A stretch of 47,891 nt of DNA from Trichomonas gallinae (taxonomy: Eukaryota). This document shows, in pieces, positions 21,350 through 32,957 of the stretch. A program made the position numbers and the translations under genes. Below the pieces are notes generated by a model that did not search any database, was not told where the DNA came from, and saw only the letters and a list, made by a program, of their open reading frames with translations. The number at the start of each line of letters is the position of its first letter. Within the stretch, counting starts at the first letter, position 1. Location of the stretch: contig MRSU01009471.1 of the NCBI GenBank assembly GCA_008369845.1, forward strand, positions 1 through 47,891, written 5' to 3'.

Positions 21350-24300
21350 CTATTGTGTTAGTTTGGACCATGCCTTAACAACATCTGCACGGACTCCTTC
21401 CTCGTCGATCCAGTACAAATACTGTTCGAGCAGGAATTTTGGATTCTTCTTGTATTCGTCTATAAACTTCGCTTTGCTTGCGACGTCTTTGTTCTTGAGG
21501 ATAGAAACAATAGCTAATCTCTTCTGCAATAATTTGTGCGACTTTGCATCAGTGAGATTTGAAATATCTTTGGAGGACATCGCCTTAATGAACTGCTTCA
21601 AAGACTCAAAGACTTCACCACGCAAAAGTGCTTGAGCGAAATAATCATGTTTGTTCTCGGTTACTTCGCACGGAGTTGCAGGGATAGGCCACTTTCCTGC
21701 AACAAGGACAGCATTGTTGTCGTAATTCCTGTATTCACCCTCTGTCTTGGCAACAACTCTGTCGCTCTTTGCGTCATAATATGGCGTCTGCTTCGTCGTT
21801 TTCTCGAGGAACAATGGCGAGCCTACCAACATCAGCCACTGTGGTGCAATCATCGACGGCATCTGCAGTCTCGTTCTTCCTTCGCTAACGACACTGTCCG
21901 TGTATACAACGAACTTTGGAGGCTGCTCTGTTAGTTGAGAAAAGCCTGGCAAAAATGCTTTGGAGCCGTCCAATAAAACATATTCTGTGTTCTTGACGAA
22001 TCTCGCGACATGATCTGGGAATCCGCAGAGAATTGCCTGCCTCAAAAGATTGCCTTGCTTTGAGTCTGTTGGCTCTAAAGGTCCAACATCAATCTCGACG
22101 TTGTTTTTACGCAATAACCTTGAGAGCTGGTATCTGATGTTTTGAATTTCATCCATAGCCTTCGTGCGCAATTGATTGTCGATGCAGAACTGCTCACGGT
22201 CTTCTTGAGGAGTCCACTGCCACGCGCAGAACATCTTCATAGCATAGATGATGTCTGAATTATCAGGATCAATGTCTATTGCGTTTTCAGATGTTTTGTC
22301 TGTTCTCTCAAATGGTTCACGAACAGATAAAACAGAAACAATGACTGCAGCGTAATCAATCATCTTGTTTGCCTTGGCCATGATCAATACTTTAGCTAGA
22401 CGTGGATCTAATGGGAATCCAACCATAGTACGACCGAGTGATGTGATCTTTTTATGGCCTTCAGTTTCAATTGCGCCGAGATGCTGAAGAATCAACTCGC
22501 TTGAGTCGATGTTCTCCTGGTTGATAGCTGTTGGGAATGGGAACTTGGAGATGTCGTTGAGGCCCATAGATTTGAGGAGAAGAACAACTTCTGTGATTGG
22601 CCTTTTGAGGATTTCTGGAGGCGAATAATCTTCGAAAGCGTTTTTCTGGAATTCTCTGCTATAAAGCCTGAAGCAGTAGCCTTTCGCTGTTCTACCTGCT
22701 CTACCCATTCTCTGTGTAGCACTGGCCTTGGAAATATATTGGACTCTCGAATTTACGTTTTGTTTTGAGAAATCGTAAACTCTGACCTTCTCTAAGCCGC
22801 TGTCAACAACATAGCGGACACCTGGGATTGTAAGTGATGTTTCTGCGACGTTTGTTGAGAAAATAATGACTCTTTTGTCTTTCGGTGGATCAACGAAAAC
22901 TTTTTCTTGCTCATATGGATCCAAAAGTGAATAAAGCGGCAATACAAGCATTGGCTTTCGACTGGTAACAGCTGGAAGCACGCCAGTAACCATTTCTTCA
23001 AGATTTGGAATTGGCGGCAAAGCTCTTTGCCTGTTCTTCTTATCATCCGTGAAACTGTCATCATCCAAAATTTCTTCGTTTGCTTCATTTTCAACTTTTT
23101 CTTCATTCTCAGCGTTTTCTTTTGGTTTTTCTTCTGTTTCTGGTTTCTTTGGTTGCTGAGATTTTTCGACTTTTACTGTTGGTAATGATCTGAAATATTG
23201 AACAAGTTCATTAATATCTGATTTTCCTGGAACGAAGACGAGTATTGATCCATCTGGAAGCATTTCATGAAGATGATCAACGAGATTTTTAATGTATTTG
23301 TTAACGTTATCTGGGCTTGGCGTGTTAATAAGATATTGATCAGTAACAGGGAACATCTTTCCTTCAACTTTGACTTCAACTGGAGGCTCATCAAACAGTT
23401 TCTCGTTCTTCGTGAAGTCCTCCGATCTAAGTGTAGCAGACATGATGATTAATTTTAATGGTTCTTGATTTGGATCGCTGTTATGTCTTTCTCTTCTCGT
23501 TTTTACGATCTTTGAGAGCAACCCTATAAGAACATCAGTGTTAACAGTTCTCTCGTGTGCTTCATCGATAATTACGACTGAATAACGCGAAAGTAATAAA
23601 TCTGATTCTAATTCTTTCAATAAAACACCATCAGTCACGAATTTAATTATAGTGGCGTCAGTGAGCAAATGCTGGTCACGTATCTGATAACCAACTTCGG
23701 CTCCATGCCTGAAATTCATTTCGTAAGCAACTCTTTTAGACATGTTTATTGCTGCGACTCTTCTCGGCTCTGTTATAACTATTTTCCCTTTAGTCTTGAA
23801 TGTTCCGTAGCCTGCTTCGTATAGAAACTGTGGCACTTGTGTTGTTTTACCTGAACCCGTGTCACCTTGGACAATTAAGATATCATTTTCTTGTAAGTGG
23901 CCAATTATGTTTGTTTCCTTGTCAATTATCGGTAATTCGCTGCGTAGTTTGATAACATCTGGTAATCTGTTTAACATCACTGTTTGGTTCGGTTTTGCAT
24001 CTTTTAGTGAAATTCTGTTTGGCATGTTGCGTTTTTCTAGTTCTGGTCTTGATGGTGGTATGAGTGGTTTAAGAGGAGCTGCTGGAGTTGGCTCTACTGG
24101 CTTTTCTTCGACTGCTGTAGAAATTGTTGTTTCAATTGGTATATATGCTGGCATTGACGCGACTTTTTCGGCTTTTTCTTTCTTCTTTTCGATTTTTTCG
24201 ATGATTTCTTTGTCGTAAGGAAGATTTAATTCTCTGAGATGTAAAGCTTCTTTGTAAAGCTGATTTTCTGTTTTCCTGACACCCATACTCGATGATGGTT

Positions 24301-24592
24301 GGAGAATTTCCTTTGTTTGTTCGTCAACTTTGTTTTGTACATATGATGCGATGACATCATTAAGTCTGGCGCTCTTTTCATGTTGTGCACGTAATTTCTC
24401 TTTCTTTAATTTTGCTTTTTCGCTTGTGTTTGATATCGCTTTCTCTTTGATTTCCTTTTGTCTTAATTTTCTGAGCTGATGCTTGTTTAATTTCTGTTTT
24501 TGTTGTTCTGGACCGCCTTGCTCAGGATCTATGACGACATCTGCATTATCACCGAGTTCCTTCTTCAGTTCCTCGCTGATAATCTCGCTCAT
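21350..24592 (-). CDS. DHX37: DEAH-box RNA helicase, DHX37/Dhr1 (Ecm16) family
   Basis: GDTGSGKTTQVPQFLYEAGYG, TEPRRVAA, DEAHERTVNTDVLIGLLS, LKLIIMSATLR, TNVAETSLTIPG, QRMGRAGR. Confidence 0.88.
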   Translation of the reverse strand: MSEIISEELKKELGDNADVVIDPEQGGPEQQKQKLNKHQLRKLRQKEIKEKAISNTSEKAKLKKEKLRAQHEKSARLNDVIASYVQNKVDEQTKEILQPSSSMGVRKTENQLYKEALHLRELNLPYDKEIIEKIEKKKEKAEKVASMPAYIPIETTISTAVEEKPVEPTPAAPLKPLIPPSRPELEKRNMPNRISLKDAKPNQTVMLNRLPDVIKLRSELPIIDKETNIIGHLQENDILIVQGDTGSGKTTQVPQFLYEAGYGTFKTKGKIVITEPRRVAAINMSKRVAYEMNFRHGAEVGYQIRDQHLLTDATIIKFVTDGVLLKELESDLLLSRYSVVIIDEAHERTVNTDVLIGLLSKIVKTRRERHNSDPNQEPLKLIIMSATLRSEDFTKNEKLFDEPPVEVKVEGKMFPVTDQYLINTPSPDNVNKYIKNLVDHLHEMLPDGSILVFVPGKSDINELVQYFRSLPTVKVEKSQQPKKPETEEKPKENAENEEKVENEANEEILDDDSFTDDKKNRQRALPPIPNLEEMVTGVLPAVTSRKPMLVLPLYSLLDPYEQEKVFVDPPKDKRVIIFSTNVAETSLTIPGVRYVVDSGLEKVRVYDFSKQNVNSRVQYISKASATQRMGRAGRTAKGYCFRLYSREFQKNAFEDYSPPEILKRPITEVVLLLKSMGLNDISKFPFPTAINQENIDSSELILQHLGAIETEGHKKITSLGRTMVGFPLDPRLAKVLIMAKANKMIDYAAVIVSVLSVREPFERTDKTSENAIDIDPDNSDIIYAMKMFCAWQWTPQEDREQFCIDNQLRTKAMDEIQNIRYQLSRLLRKNNVEIDVGPLEPTDSKQGNLLRQAILCGFPDHVARFVKNTEYVLLDGSKAFLPGFSQLTEQPPKFVVYTDSVVSEGRTRLQMPSMIAPQWLMLVGSPLFLEKTTKQTPYYDAKSDRVVAKTEGEYRNYDNNAVLVAGKWPIPATPCEVTENKHDYFAQALLRGEVFESLKQFIKAMSSKDISNLTDAKSHKLLQKRLAIVSILKNKDVASKAKFIDEYKKNPKFLLEQYLYWIDEEGVRADVVKAWSKLTQ

Positions 24593-24959
24593 AGATTTTA
24601 TAAAATCCTAGAATTTTAATTGAACAACTCTGTCTGAAAGAAATGTCTTGATATTTTGTCACGTAAATTATTTACATGTCGATAACCTTAAATTTTTTTT
24701 TTCGTTTTCTTTTGAAACTTTGAGTTTTTGTGTATGCAATCTTGATGATGTACGAACAGTTTCATTCGTTTTTCTAGGCTGGTTTTGCAAAGAGTTTAAT
24801 TATAATTTTCTGAATTCATTATGTCACTTTTTTAAAAATTATTATAAATGGAACCTTTTGAGAATCAAGATATTGACCATTCACAACACAGACGATTTTC
24901 AATTTTCCAGTCACAGCTGGTATTTTCAGTGACTCAAGATTAAAATGAAAATAAAAATA

Positions 24960-25723
24960 TTGAAGATCCAAAAAAATGCGTTTGGCGAAATCTATAATAT
25001 TTTCAATCTCATTGAAGCAGCTTCAATGATTTTGATGCTATGAACTTTGCTGTTAAAACGAATAGAATGTAAAAAATATTTGATTTTTCAATTGGACAAT
25101 GCAATTTCCAGCTCGTCACATATTAGAATTCGATGGAAACAATTTTTATAAAAGTAAATTCTATAATGATTATGATTGTGAGTTAATGAGAGCTATCCTC
25201 AAAGTTCGACGTTTTGCTGTTAATGACGTTTTGTTAGATGCATTATTTATTGATCAGCATGAAGTTGTGAAACTTCTTCTTACCTGGAATAAATTTCAAC
25301 GCAAAAGATGACTGGGATAATATAGCTTAGATTCTTTCTTCAGCATTTGGCCGTCAAGAAGTTGTCCAACTCCTTCTCACAATTCCTGGAATAGATGTCA
25401 ATGCAAGAGATCATTGGCATAATACAGCTTTGATTTGTGCTTCATTTAATAATCATCCAGAAATTGTCAATCATCTTCTCAAAATTCCTGAAAAAGATGT
25501 TAATGCAAAAGATAAATGTAATAATACAGCTTTGATTTATGCTTCAAAACTTGGTTATCATGAAATTGTCAAACTCCTTCTCATGGGTTCTGGAATATAC
25601 GTCAATACAAAAAACGATGAAAAGAAAACAGGTTTAATTAGTGCTTTAGAAAATGATCATCATGAAGTTGCCAAACAACTTCTCTCATATCCAGGAATAT
25701 ACGCATATGATAATCTTGATTAA
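24960..25723 (+). pseudogene. Ankyrin-repeat pseudogene related to the 17937-20552 family
   Basis: Fragments NAFGEIYNIF / NDFDAMNFAVK echo NDFDQIYHVL...NDAIKFAV; frameshift near 25283 and in-frame TAG at 25328-25330 inside otherwise regular PGIDVNA(K/R)D repeats. Confidence 0.75.
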
Positions 25724-25953
25724 ATAATGATTCATTGATTCTATTAATTGTTAGCCAATCAAGAATAATACGACTCAAATTTGAGCCCATTTTCCAAAGG
25801 TGTTGACACCTTGTCTTCTTGGCAGAATCCTTCCGAATTAAAGCTATAGATACAGTAGGGCCATAAGAGTCACATAATAAATTTTCTAAATATAATGTAT
25901 TGATGATTATGATTTTTTAATATTTTCAATATTTAAGGAAAAGTGACATAAAT

Positions 25954-26712
25954 ATGCTTATTTCATTTCTTATATTCATTCGAAATCTGAATCACACAAT
26001 GCTTGCAGATTTCAGTAATGTATCTGTTGAGCTTCCGCCGTATTACAACTTCCTCGAAGAGTACCCAGAATGCGATTTTGGACCATTAGTCCAAAACTGT
26101 GGATGCTGCTACGTTTACTCCGCAATTAAGTCTCTCGCTCATCGATACTGCAGAGCTTTACGCAAAAGAGTTCAATTTTCTGCTCAATATATAATTTCAT
26201 GCGATTTATTTAATTTAGGATGCGGCGGTGGAAATGAGAAAGCCGTATTTTACTACTTGGAACAACATGGAGTTCCAGATATTGAATGTTCTCCATGGAG
26301 AAATATTAGATCTCACGATCAAGAAGTTTGCACGAAGTGCGTGAATGGCAAAACAATGAAGCTCTACTACGCTAAAAAACGAAGTACAAAACATTATCGC
26401 GGAATTGATAATATTAAAAAAGCAATTATGCTCGAAGGTCCACTCAGCGCTTCAATTGTTAGTGATTACCGTTTTGTTTGGTATAGAGATGGACTTTATA
26501 CGTCTTCAATTGATTCATCAACATATGATGATCAAGCGAATCATACTGTTGAAATTCATGGATGGGGTACCCTTGAAAATGGTACACAATACTGGATTGT
26601 TCAAAATGCTTTTGGGCCAATTTGGGGTCAAAATGGTTTAATGAAACTTCGAATGGGAACAAATGAAGGCTACGTTGAGACATATATGCTTGCAGCACAG
26701 CCAGATCTTTAA
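25954..26712 (+). CDS. Papain-family (C1A) cathepsin-B-like cysteine peptidase
   Basis: CGCCY (catalytic Cys region), SAQYIISCD, GCGGG, ANHTVEIHGWG, YWIVQNAFGPIWGQNG. Confidence 0.88.
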   Translation: MLISFLIFIRNLNHTMLADFSNVSVELPPYYNFLEEYPECDFGPLVQNCGCCYVYSAIKSLAHRYCRALRKRVQFSAQYIISCDLFNLGCGGGNEKAVFYYLEQHGVPDIECSPWRNIRSHDQEVCTKCVNGKTMKLYYAKKRSTKHYRGIDNIKKAIMLEGPLSASIVSDYRFVWYRDGLYTSSIDSSTYDDQANHTVEIHGWGTLENGTQYWIVQNAFGPIWGQNGLMKLRMGTNEGYVETYMLAAQPDL

Positions 26713-26998
26713 TTTCAGACAGATATAATATTTTATTTTTGTTGTTTATTGATTGAACCAATCATTGCATATATTTGTATTTATGTCATCATTTCTTGTT
26801 TGATTTAGTATGATAAATAGATTTTTTATTTCGAAATGTTTTCTTTTTTTTTCCCAAAATAAGAAACATGAATTAACATGAAATGAAATAATGAAATGAT
26901 TAGATAAGTAATTTATTGATATAATACAACTTTATAACGATATTGTTAATTAAACTATGAAAAATATTAAAAATGAAATGATATAAGAACAATATCTC

Positions 26999-27688
26999 TT
27001 ATATATCTTCACTCCATATCTCTAAGTTTTCCTGCAGAAGCCTAATGCAGATCTCAGAATCCGGTTTAAATTGTTCTTCGCAATCTTCTGCAGCTCTGAT
27101 AGCGTTCTGTGTAATATTTCTAGCTGATGATATGTCATTTTTGATGTCAACTAAATATACGCAATAATTCAATATAATTCCTAAATATACAGGATGAGAA
27201 GGCTGAATGACATCTCTTGCTAACGAAATTGCCTTCTTGTAGCAACCTTCTGCATTCTGTGCTGATTGAATTTTAAGATCACCAACTTGAACTTCTGAAT
27301 CATATCTAAAATAATCTGCTTTCATTTTTTCATAAAACACTGTTGTAATCGGAGAATCTGAAGCAGGTAGTAATAGTTCGTTTGCAATTTGAATAATATC
27401 CATGCAGTAATCATGTATGTTCGCACGTAGTCTGTTAACAATTTCTTCAAGTATTTGTTTTTTATCTTCTTCTATTATCGCATCAACGCACTGCGTTAAC
27501 ATGAGAACATCTTGCCTTCTACGAGACACAGCCTCGTGATATGAAGAAGATAAAAATATTCTCTGGTCATGGTTTAACGATGGATTAATTTGAATGAGCT
27601 GGCGAGCATATCTCACAGCATCGTCGTAACGACCGAGCTCTAAAGATTTCTGGACCATAAAAGTCAGGTCGCTTTCGGCGTCGGTCAT
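26999..27688 (-). CDS. Divergent 14-3-3 protein
   Basis: RYDDAV, VFYEKMKADYFRY, PSHPVYLGIILNYCVY, IRLLQENLEIW. Confidence 0.9.
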   Translation of the reverse strand: MTDAESDLTFMVQKSLELGRYDDAVRYARQLIQINPSLNHDQRIFLSSSYHEAVSRRRQDVLMLTQCVDAIIEEDKKQILEEIVNRLRANIHDYCMDIIQIANELLLPASDSPITTVFYEKMKADYFRYDSEVQVGDLKIQSAQNAEGCYKKAISLARDVIQPSHPVYLGIILNYCVYLVDIKNDISSARNITQNAIRAAEDCEEQFKPDSEICIRLLQENLEIWSEDI

Positions 27689-28804
27689 TTTTCTAAAAAA
27701 TTGATTGCTCTCAAAATGTAATGATTAAAAGAATATAAAACATATATAAAAAACCATGCAAAGAAATTCAGTAAGATAACGATTATTGTAAAGTTGACGG
27801 TTTTTGTAACATTTTTCCTTGGATAATGAAATAAAAATATACTTAATTATGTTTTTTGATGGCAATTCTAAATCCAAGACTTCAAAGCGAAATCTCAATT
27901 ATTTCAAATGTGCTTCTCTAAAAATCAAAATTACAGACAATGGGAATAAAAAAATTAGATTGTCTATCATATGTGCAACTAATTAAAATCTAAATAAGGC
28001 CATAGAATTTGATATGCATTTCTCATCGAATGATAAATAAAGGCTTTTGAAGTGACAAACATGAGAAATAAATAGAGAACAGACACTATAGTCTATTGGC
28101 AAAGGAAAAATAAATTTATAGAAACATGTCAGAAAATTGATGAATTTCATCTTCCAAAAAAAATTCCTCCAAGTCTATTCTATATATAAGGGATTTTCAG
28201 ATCCATCTAATCATGTAATTTTAAAAGAATACAACAAAAGCAGCAGGATGAATCAAATAACAATAAGAAAAAACCTAAAATTATATAGTAAAAAGTGAAA
28301 CTATATATGTCTATATTACAAATCCGGGATTTCAGGAATTAGTAAAAATGTAGAGAAAAAAATAAATAAATTTGACCGTGCGTAAAAAGTGAAGTTTTTC
28401 AAAGAAACCAAACGAATAAAATCATTTAAAATAATTTAGTTTTATGGATAACTTCCATATCTATATATTGATAATATCAACACTCAAAAATATCTATAAA
28501 TTAAATAGTTTTTTTGAAAAGAAAATCACAGAAAAAGTGATTGAAAAAACAGACTTTTTTTGTACAACGTGCTTATAATAATAATATTTTGGCAATTCGC
28601 AGCAACTCGTTTTAGTGGAGCGAAACATGTTCCAATATAGATTGATGCATGTTGCACATTGATATTCTTGGTCAGATTTTGAAATATCCATTAATATCAA
28701 TTAAAAAGTTTTAAAATTGTGTTTATAGGTTATAAGCAGTTTAGATTTTGTTTGTTTTTGTCGAAAAAAATTGAAAAATTAGGCTAAAAGTGTCAAGAAT
28801 ATAG

Positions 28805-29725
28805 ATGGTAAACGAGTTTGATCTTGACGAAGTTATTGCGACAATCCGCCGCGGCGAAAACCTTGAAGAAGGTATCTTCGTTGGCTTGATGATGAAGCTC
28901 ATGGAAGTTCTTACTTGCGAAAGCAACCTTATTGAGCTGACTTCGCCAATTACAATTTGTGGCGATGTTCATGGCCAACTTTACGATGTCTTCAAGCTTT
29001 TCGAGGCTGGTGGTGATCCAGCTTCAACGAAATATTTGTTTATGGGCGATTACGTTGATCGCGGTTATTATTCACTTTTAACATTCGCTTACTTAGCCGC
29101 ACTCAAGCTCAGATATCCAGGAAATGTATACTTGCTCCGTGGAAACCACGAATGCAGACAAGTCAACCAAATGTACGGTTTCTACGCAGAATGCGTCAAT
29201 ACTTACGGACATAGCGGCGTTTGGAACCTCTGCAACGAAGTATTCGATTTGCTCCCTTATTGCGCCTTGATCGACGGCGAAATTTTCTCTACACATGGCG
29301 GATTGTCTCCAGAAATTCCGTTAATCGACAAGATTAACTCCATTTACCGTGTAGAAGACGTCCCAGCCACCGGTCCCTTCGCTGACCTTACCTGGAGTGA
29401 TCCTGACGAAGGTTGCTGGAATACAAACCCACGTGGAGCTGGCCACTTGTTCGGTGAGAAGCCAACACAGGAATTCTGCCACAATAACGGTCTTCGCTTC
29501 ATTACTCGCTCCCACCAGTTGGTTATGAAGGGATATGAGTGGCATTTCAATGGATTGCTTGTCAACGTTTGGTCCGCACCAAACTATATGTACCGCAGTG
29601 GAAACCAGGCCAGTGTAATGAAATATAAGGGCCAAGGAGAAAACGAACTTGTATTATTTGAACCATGTCCACCATCTGAAAGAAAAATACCAGCTGAGCT
29701 TCCAACGTCAGGATATTTCATGTAA
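28805..29725 (+). CDS. PPP Ser/Thr phosphatase, PP2A/PP4/PP6-like catalytic subunit
   Basis: GDVHG, GDYVDRG, LRGNHE, HGGLSP, WSDP, RSHQ, SAPNY; C-terminal YFM resembles the YFL tail. Confidence 0.95.
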   Translation: MVNEFDLDEVIATIRRGENLEEGIFVGLMMKLMEVLTCESNLIELTSPITICGDVHGQLYDVFKLFEAGGDPASTKYLFMGDYVDRGYYSLLTFAYLAALKLRYPGNVYLLRGNHECRQVNQMYGFYAECVNTYGHSGVWNLCNEVFDLLPYCALIDGEIFSTHGGLSPEIPLIDKINSIYRVEDVPATGPFADLTWSDPDEGCWNTNPRGAGHLFGEKPTQEFCHNNGLRFITRSHQLVMKGYEWHFNGLLVNVWSAPNYMYRSGNQASVMKYKGQGENELVLFEPCPPSERKIPAELPTSGYFM

Positions 29726-30176
29726 TGCTATTACCGCAATTACATTTATTATTCTGCTAACAAAAATATTTGTTAATTTGTTGATATCCAAATAAACTGA
29801 TATTATCTGGTCTTATATCTTAAACATAAATACATTAAATAATTATTTTATTTTTTAAAATTTATTTTTTATCTATTTCCATTAAAACAATGAAATATAT
29901 AACATATGCAATTCCAACATCATGATTTAAATGTGTCCGAACAAGATTTACTTTTAGAATGAAAATATTTATATTCGAAATTTGGATTTGAATGGTCAAA
30001 ACGTTTTCGGAATGATGGAGCTTTTATATGAAGTGATTATGAGCAGGATAAAAGAGAAAAAATTAAATCCACAACAATTTTTAATGAATAGTAAAATAAT
30101 TGTTTTTGGCATGCATGAATTAATGTGAAAGTAGCAATTTTAATTAAAACCTAAAAACGACAGAGAGCTGTGGATT

Positions 30177-30797
30177 TTAGCAGCATCCCTCCTTCTTACC
30201 GTTCTTCTTTGTGTCTGTAACATTAACACTGCCCTGAACACTGCCTGGTGGCGTAACAGCAGCAGCAATTTCGCCTGTACCAACCTTACGAAGAAGATCA
30301 GCACCAGTCTTGATGAATGTCTCTTCGATGCAGGTATTTTCGAGGGCTGATGTTTCAATATACTGAAGTTCATGTGTTCTAGCGAATTCTTCTGCTTCTT
30401 CTTTAGAAACAACTCTGTTAGCAGCAAGATCTGACTTATTACCAACGAGAATAACTGAGCAATGTGGATCAGCTTCCATGCGGGCATCTCTGAGCCAGCG
30501 TGGAAGTTGGTCGAAGCTCTTTCTATCAGTGATATCGAAAACGAGAACGACACCAAGTGCAGACCTGAAATAAGCCTTAGCAATTGTGTAGAAACGCTCC
30601 TGTCCGGCTGTATCCCAGATCATCATTTTAATTGTGCGTCCGTTGATTGTTGTGATGTGTGTGAAATATTCAATACCGACTGTTGATTGTGTTCCCTTTA
30701 CGAACTTGTTCTCAACAAGACGTCTAAGGATACTGGTTTTGCCTGCACCTGAGCAGCCAATAACGATGAATTTAAATTGGATCGGTTGGTCCGCCAT
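30177..30797 (-). CDS. Rab-family small GTPase
   Basis: GCSGAGKT, TVGIEY, WDTAGQERF, YFRSA, NKSD, ETSAL, C-terminal CC. Confidence 0.95.
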   Translation of the reverse strand: MADQPIQFKFIVIGCSGAGKTSILRRLVENKFVKGTQSTVGIEYFTHITTINGRTIKMMIWDTAGQERFYTIAKAYFRSALGVVLVFDITDRKSFDQLPRWLRDARMEADPHCSVILVGNKSDLAANRVVSKEEAEEFARTHELQYIETSALENTCIEETFIKTGADLLRKVGTGEIAAAVTPPGSVQGSVNVTDTKKNGKKEGCC

Positions 30798-31742
30798 TGG
30801 AAGAAAAAATTAGTCAAACCGCTACGTAAAAAAATTTTTCACATAAACCGTCGGATAATTTTTCTCTTTTTATTGCATTTTTATTTTATTTTTAGATTAT
30901 TTACACAATTCTATATTCATATTTTAGTTTTTAAAAATTTTTCATTTTCAAAAATCATTTTTATTTTATATTTAAATATAATAATTTATACTATTATATA
31001 TCTAAATTTCAATTTTAAAAGTTTTTTAAATATCTTAACTTTTTAATTCATTTTGATTGCATTTTTAAATTGTTTACAATATTGTATAATTATATTTTGG
31101 ATTTTTAGGTTTTTCGCGGATTATTTATTATTGCGGATTTTTATCACAGTATTTGAGCTGTTTCGTGCTTTAGGATGATTTTATATAACTATTATATGCT
31201 TGTTTCAGTTGTCTCTGACTGCTCAATCGTTGGAAATTATCAAATTTTTTTCGTGGTTAGCAGTCTCCATCGTTAATTATTGTAATATAAATCGCTTTAA
31301 TGAATATATTAATAACGATTAATTATCGGAGATCTGATCTTTAAATTTTGATTAATCGAAATTGAGCACTTAACCTCATATGCTTTTCTTTATCATATTA
31401 ATATTAGCAATTACAAGATATGCATAATATCAATTGTACAACAACGAACTTCCATTTTTATTTGAATCTTTTGTTATTACAAAATAATTATCTTTGTTAT
31501 CCATTCTACAGAGAAATAGTTTCACTTTTCACCATAGAATATAGGTGTTAAAAGAAAATTATTTATGAAATAATTTTTTTTCAATATTGTGACTTGAGTA
31601 TATGCTATATGTGCATTCTAATGTAATGTGATAGTAAATTATGTTGAATTAATATCTTAGTATTAGTTTTTAAAATAGAAAATTTATATACTAAACAAAA
31701 TTGCTAAACAGATATTATACAAACAATACATTAACGAAAAAT

Positions 31743-32477
31743 CTAGTCTGTAATAGTTACAAACTCTTGAACTTCAATTCCACAAATAGGGCAAATCATT
31801 TCGGATCCAGGTTCTCTCTTCCAGCATTTAAAGCATCCAACAGGACAATGACATGGATATGCAAAAACTGTTGCACGATTTTCACATGGGCAAATTGGAA
31901 GATTCTTGATTTTCATGTTTAAGTATTTATCAACCTTCCTGAAATCCTTTGAATCTAAAAGCATAGGATGAACATCCATAAAAGGCTTTTGAATATCGAT
32001 ATTTAGTGATTTTTGTAGATATTCCATATATTCTGTAGATTCCTTTTCAGATTCAACAATATGTTTCGTTCTATTTTGTTGGTTTGTATTTAAATGCAGA
32101 GCAGCATTGGCGCGTTGAAATCTTTTCATAAATAACAAATAAAAAGCTGATTCGAGTTTCTTAATTTCATTAATAGCATCATTTGATTGAGGTATTTGTG
32201 TAAGAAGATCAATTGAATGCGAAATTATTGGAGAAAATCTCTGATCTTTTTCTACTTTGTCTAGATTATTAAGATTTGCAATGCATTTTGATTTTGCGAA
32301 GTCAAAGTTTTCTGTATTTAAGTATGCTAAGCAACTGTTGACATTTTGGAGAAAAATATTGCAAAATTTGCCTAATTTATCAAGCTTGTACTTGCTTTCC
32401 TCCGGAAACTGCGAATTTAACATGTATTCGTCTACGATTTTATAAACATTTGCTATGTTATATTCAAAATCTTCCAT
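31743..32477 (-). CDS. Protein with C-terminal RING-like finger
   Basis: CPC...PCHC...CFKC...CPIC at the C-terminus; Inr-like GTCACTTT upstream on the minus strand (32490-32497). Confidence 0.7.
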   Translation of the reverse strand: MEDFEYNIANVYKIVDEYMLNSQFPEESKYKLDKLGKFCNIFLQNVNSCLAYLNTENFDFAKSKCIANLNNLDKVEKDQRFSPIISHSIDLLTQIPQSNDAINEIKKLESAFYLLFMKRFQRANAALHLNTNQQNRTKHIVESEKESTEYMEYLQKSLNIDIQKPFMDVHPMLLDSKDFRKVDKYLNMKIKNLPICPCENRATVFAYPCHCPVGCFKCWKREPGSEMICPICGIEVQEFVTITD

Positions 32478-32957
32478 TTGTTTTTTTGAAAAGTGACTAA
32501 GATTTCACTTTTTTGTTTTCTTACACTAATATAGTCATTTCATATCAAATGGTTTTATATATTTCAACTTTTAAATGCCAAAAATATATAAATTCACTAA
32601 CATTATAGTTAAATTTCTATTATTTTAGTTAAATTCGAAATTGATTTTGCTTTTATTGTTATTTCTAAACTATCTATTTGATTATATTTTAGATTATTTT
32701 TAAATATATTAATTAGTTGTTTACATCTCATATTACACAGTGTTTTATTATAAATCAATATTGTTTCGATTTTACTTCTAATTATTTTTTATTATTTCAT
32801 TTTATACATGTAAATATCTATTGTCAAGTACTTAATGTTATATAGTTATAACATTCAAATTAAAATTTTCAAAAATATGAAATATTTTTTTTTGTTAAAA
32901 ATACGTTTTTATGTATGTTGTTCATTGTATTTCACAGTATTCATATGTATTTATTAT

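Noticed and set aside
24648..24932. 94-aa ORF upstream of the ankyrin pseudogene
   Set aside because: TTG start within a promoter-motif region; at most a remnant of the pseudogene 5' end
30777..31046. 89-aa I/F/L-rich ORF (also 28494-28700 and 34489-34686)
   Set aside because: Chance translations of AT-rich intergenic DNA with non-ATG starts
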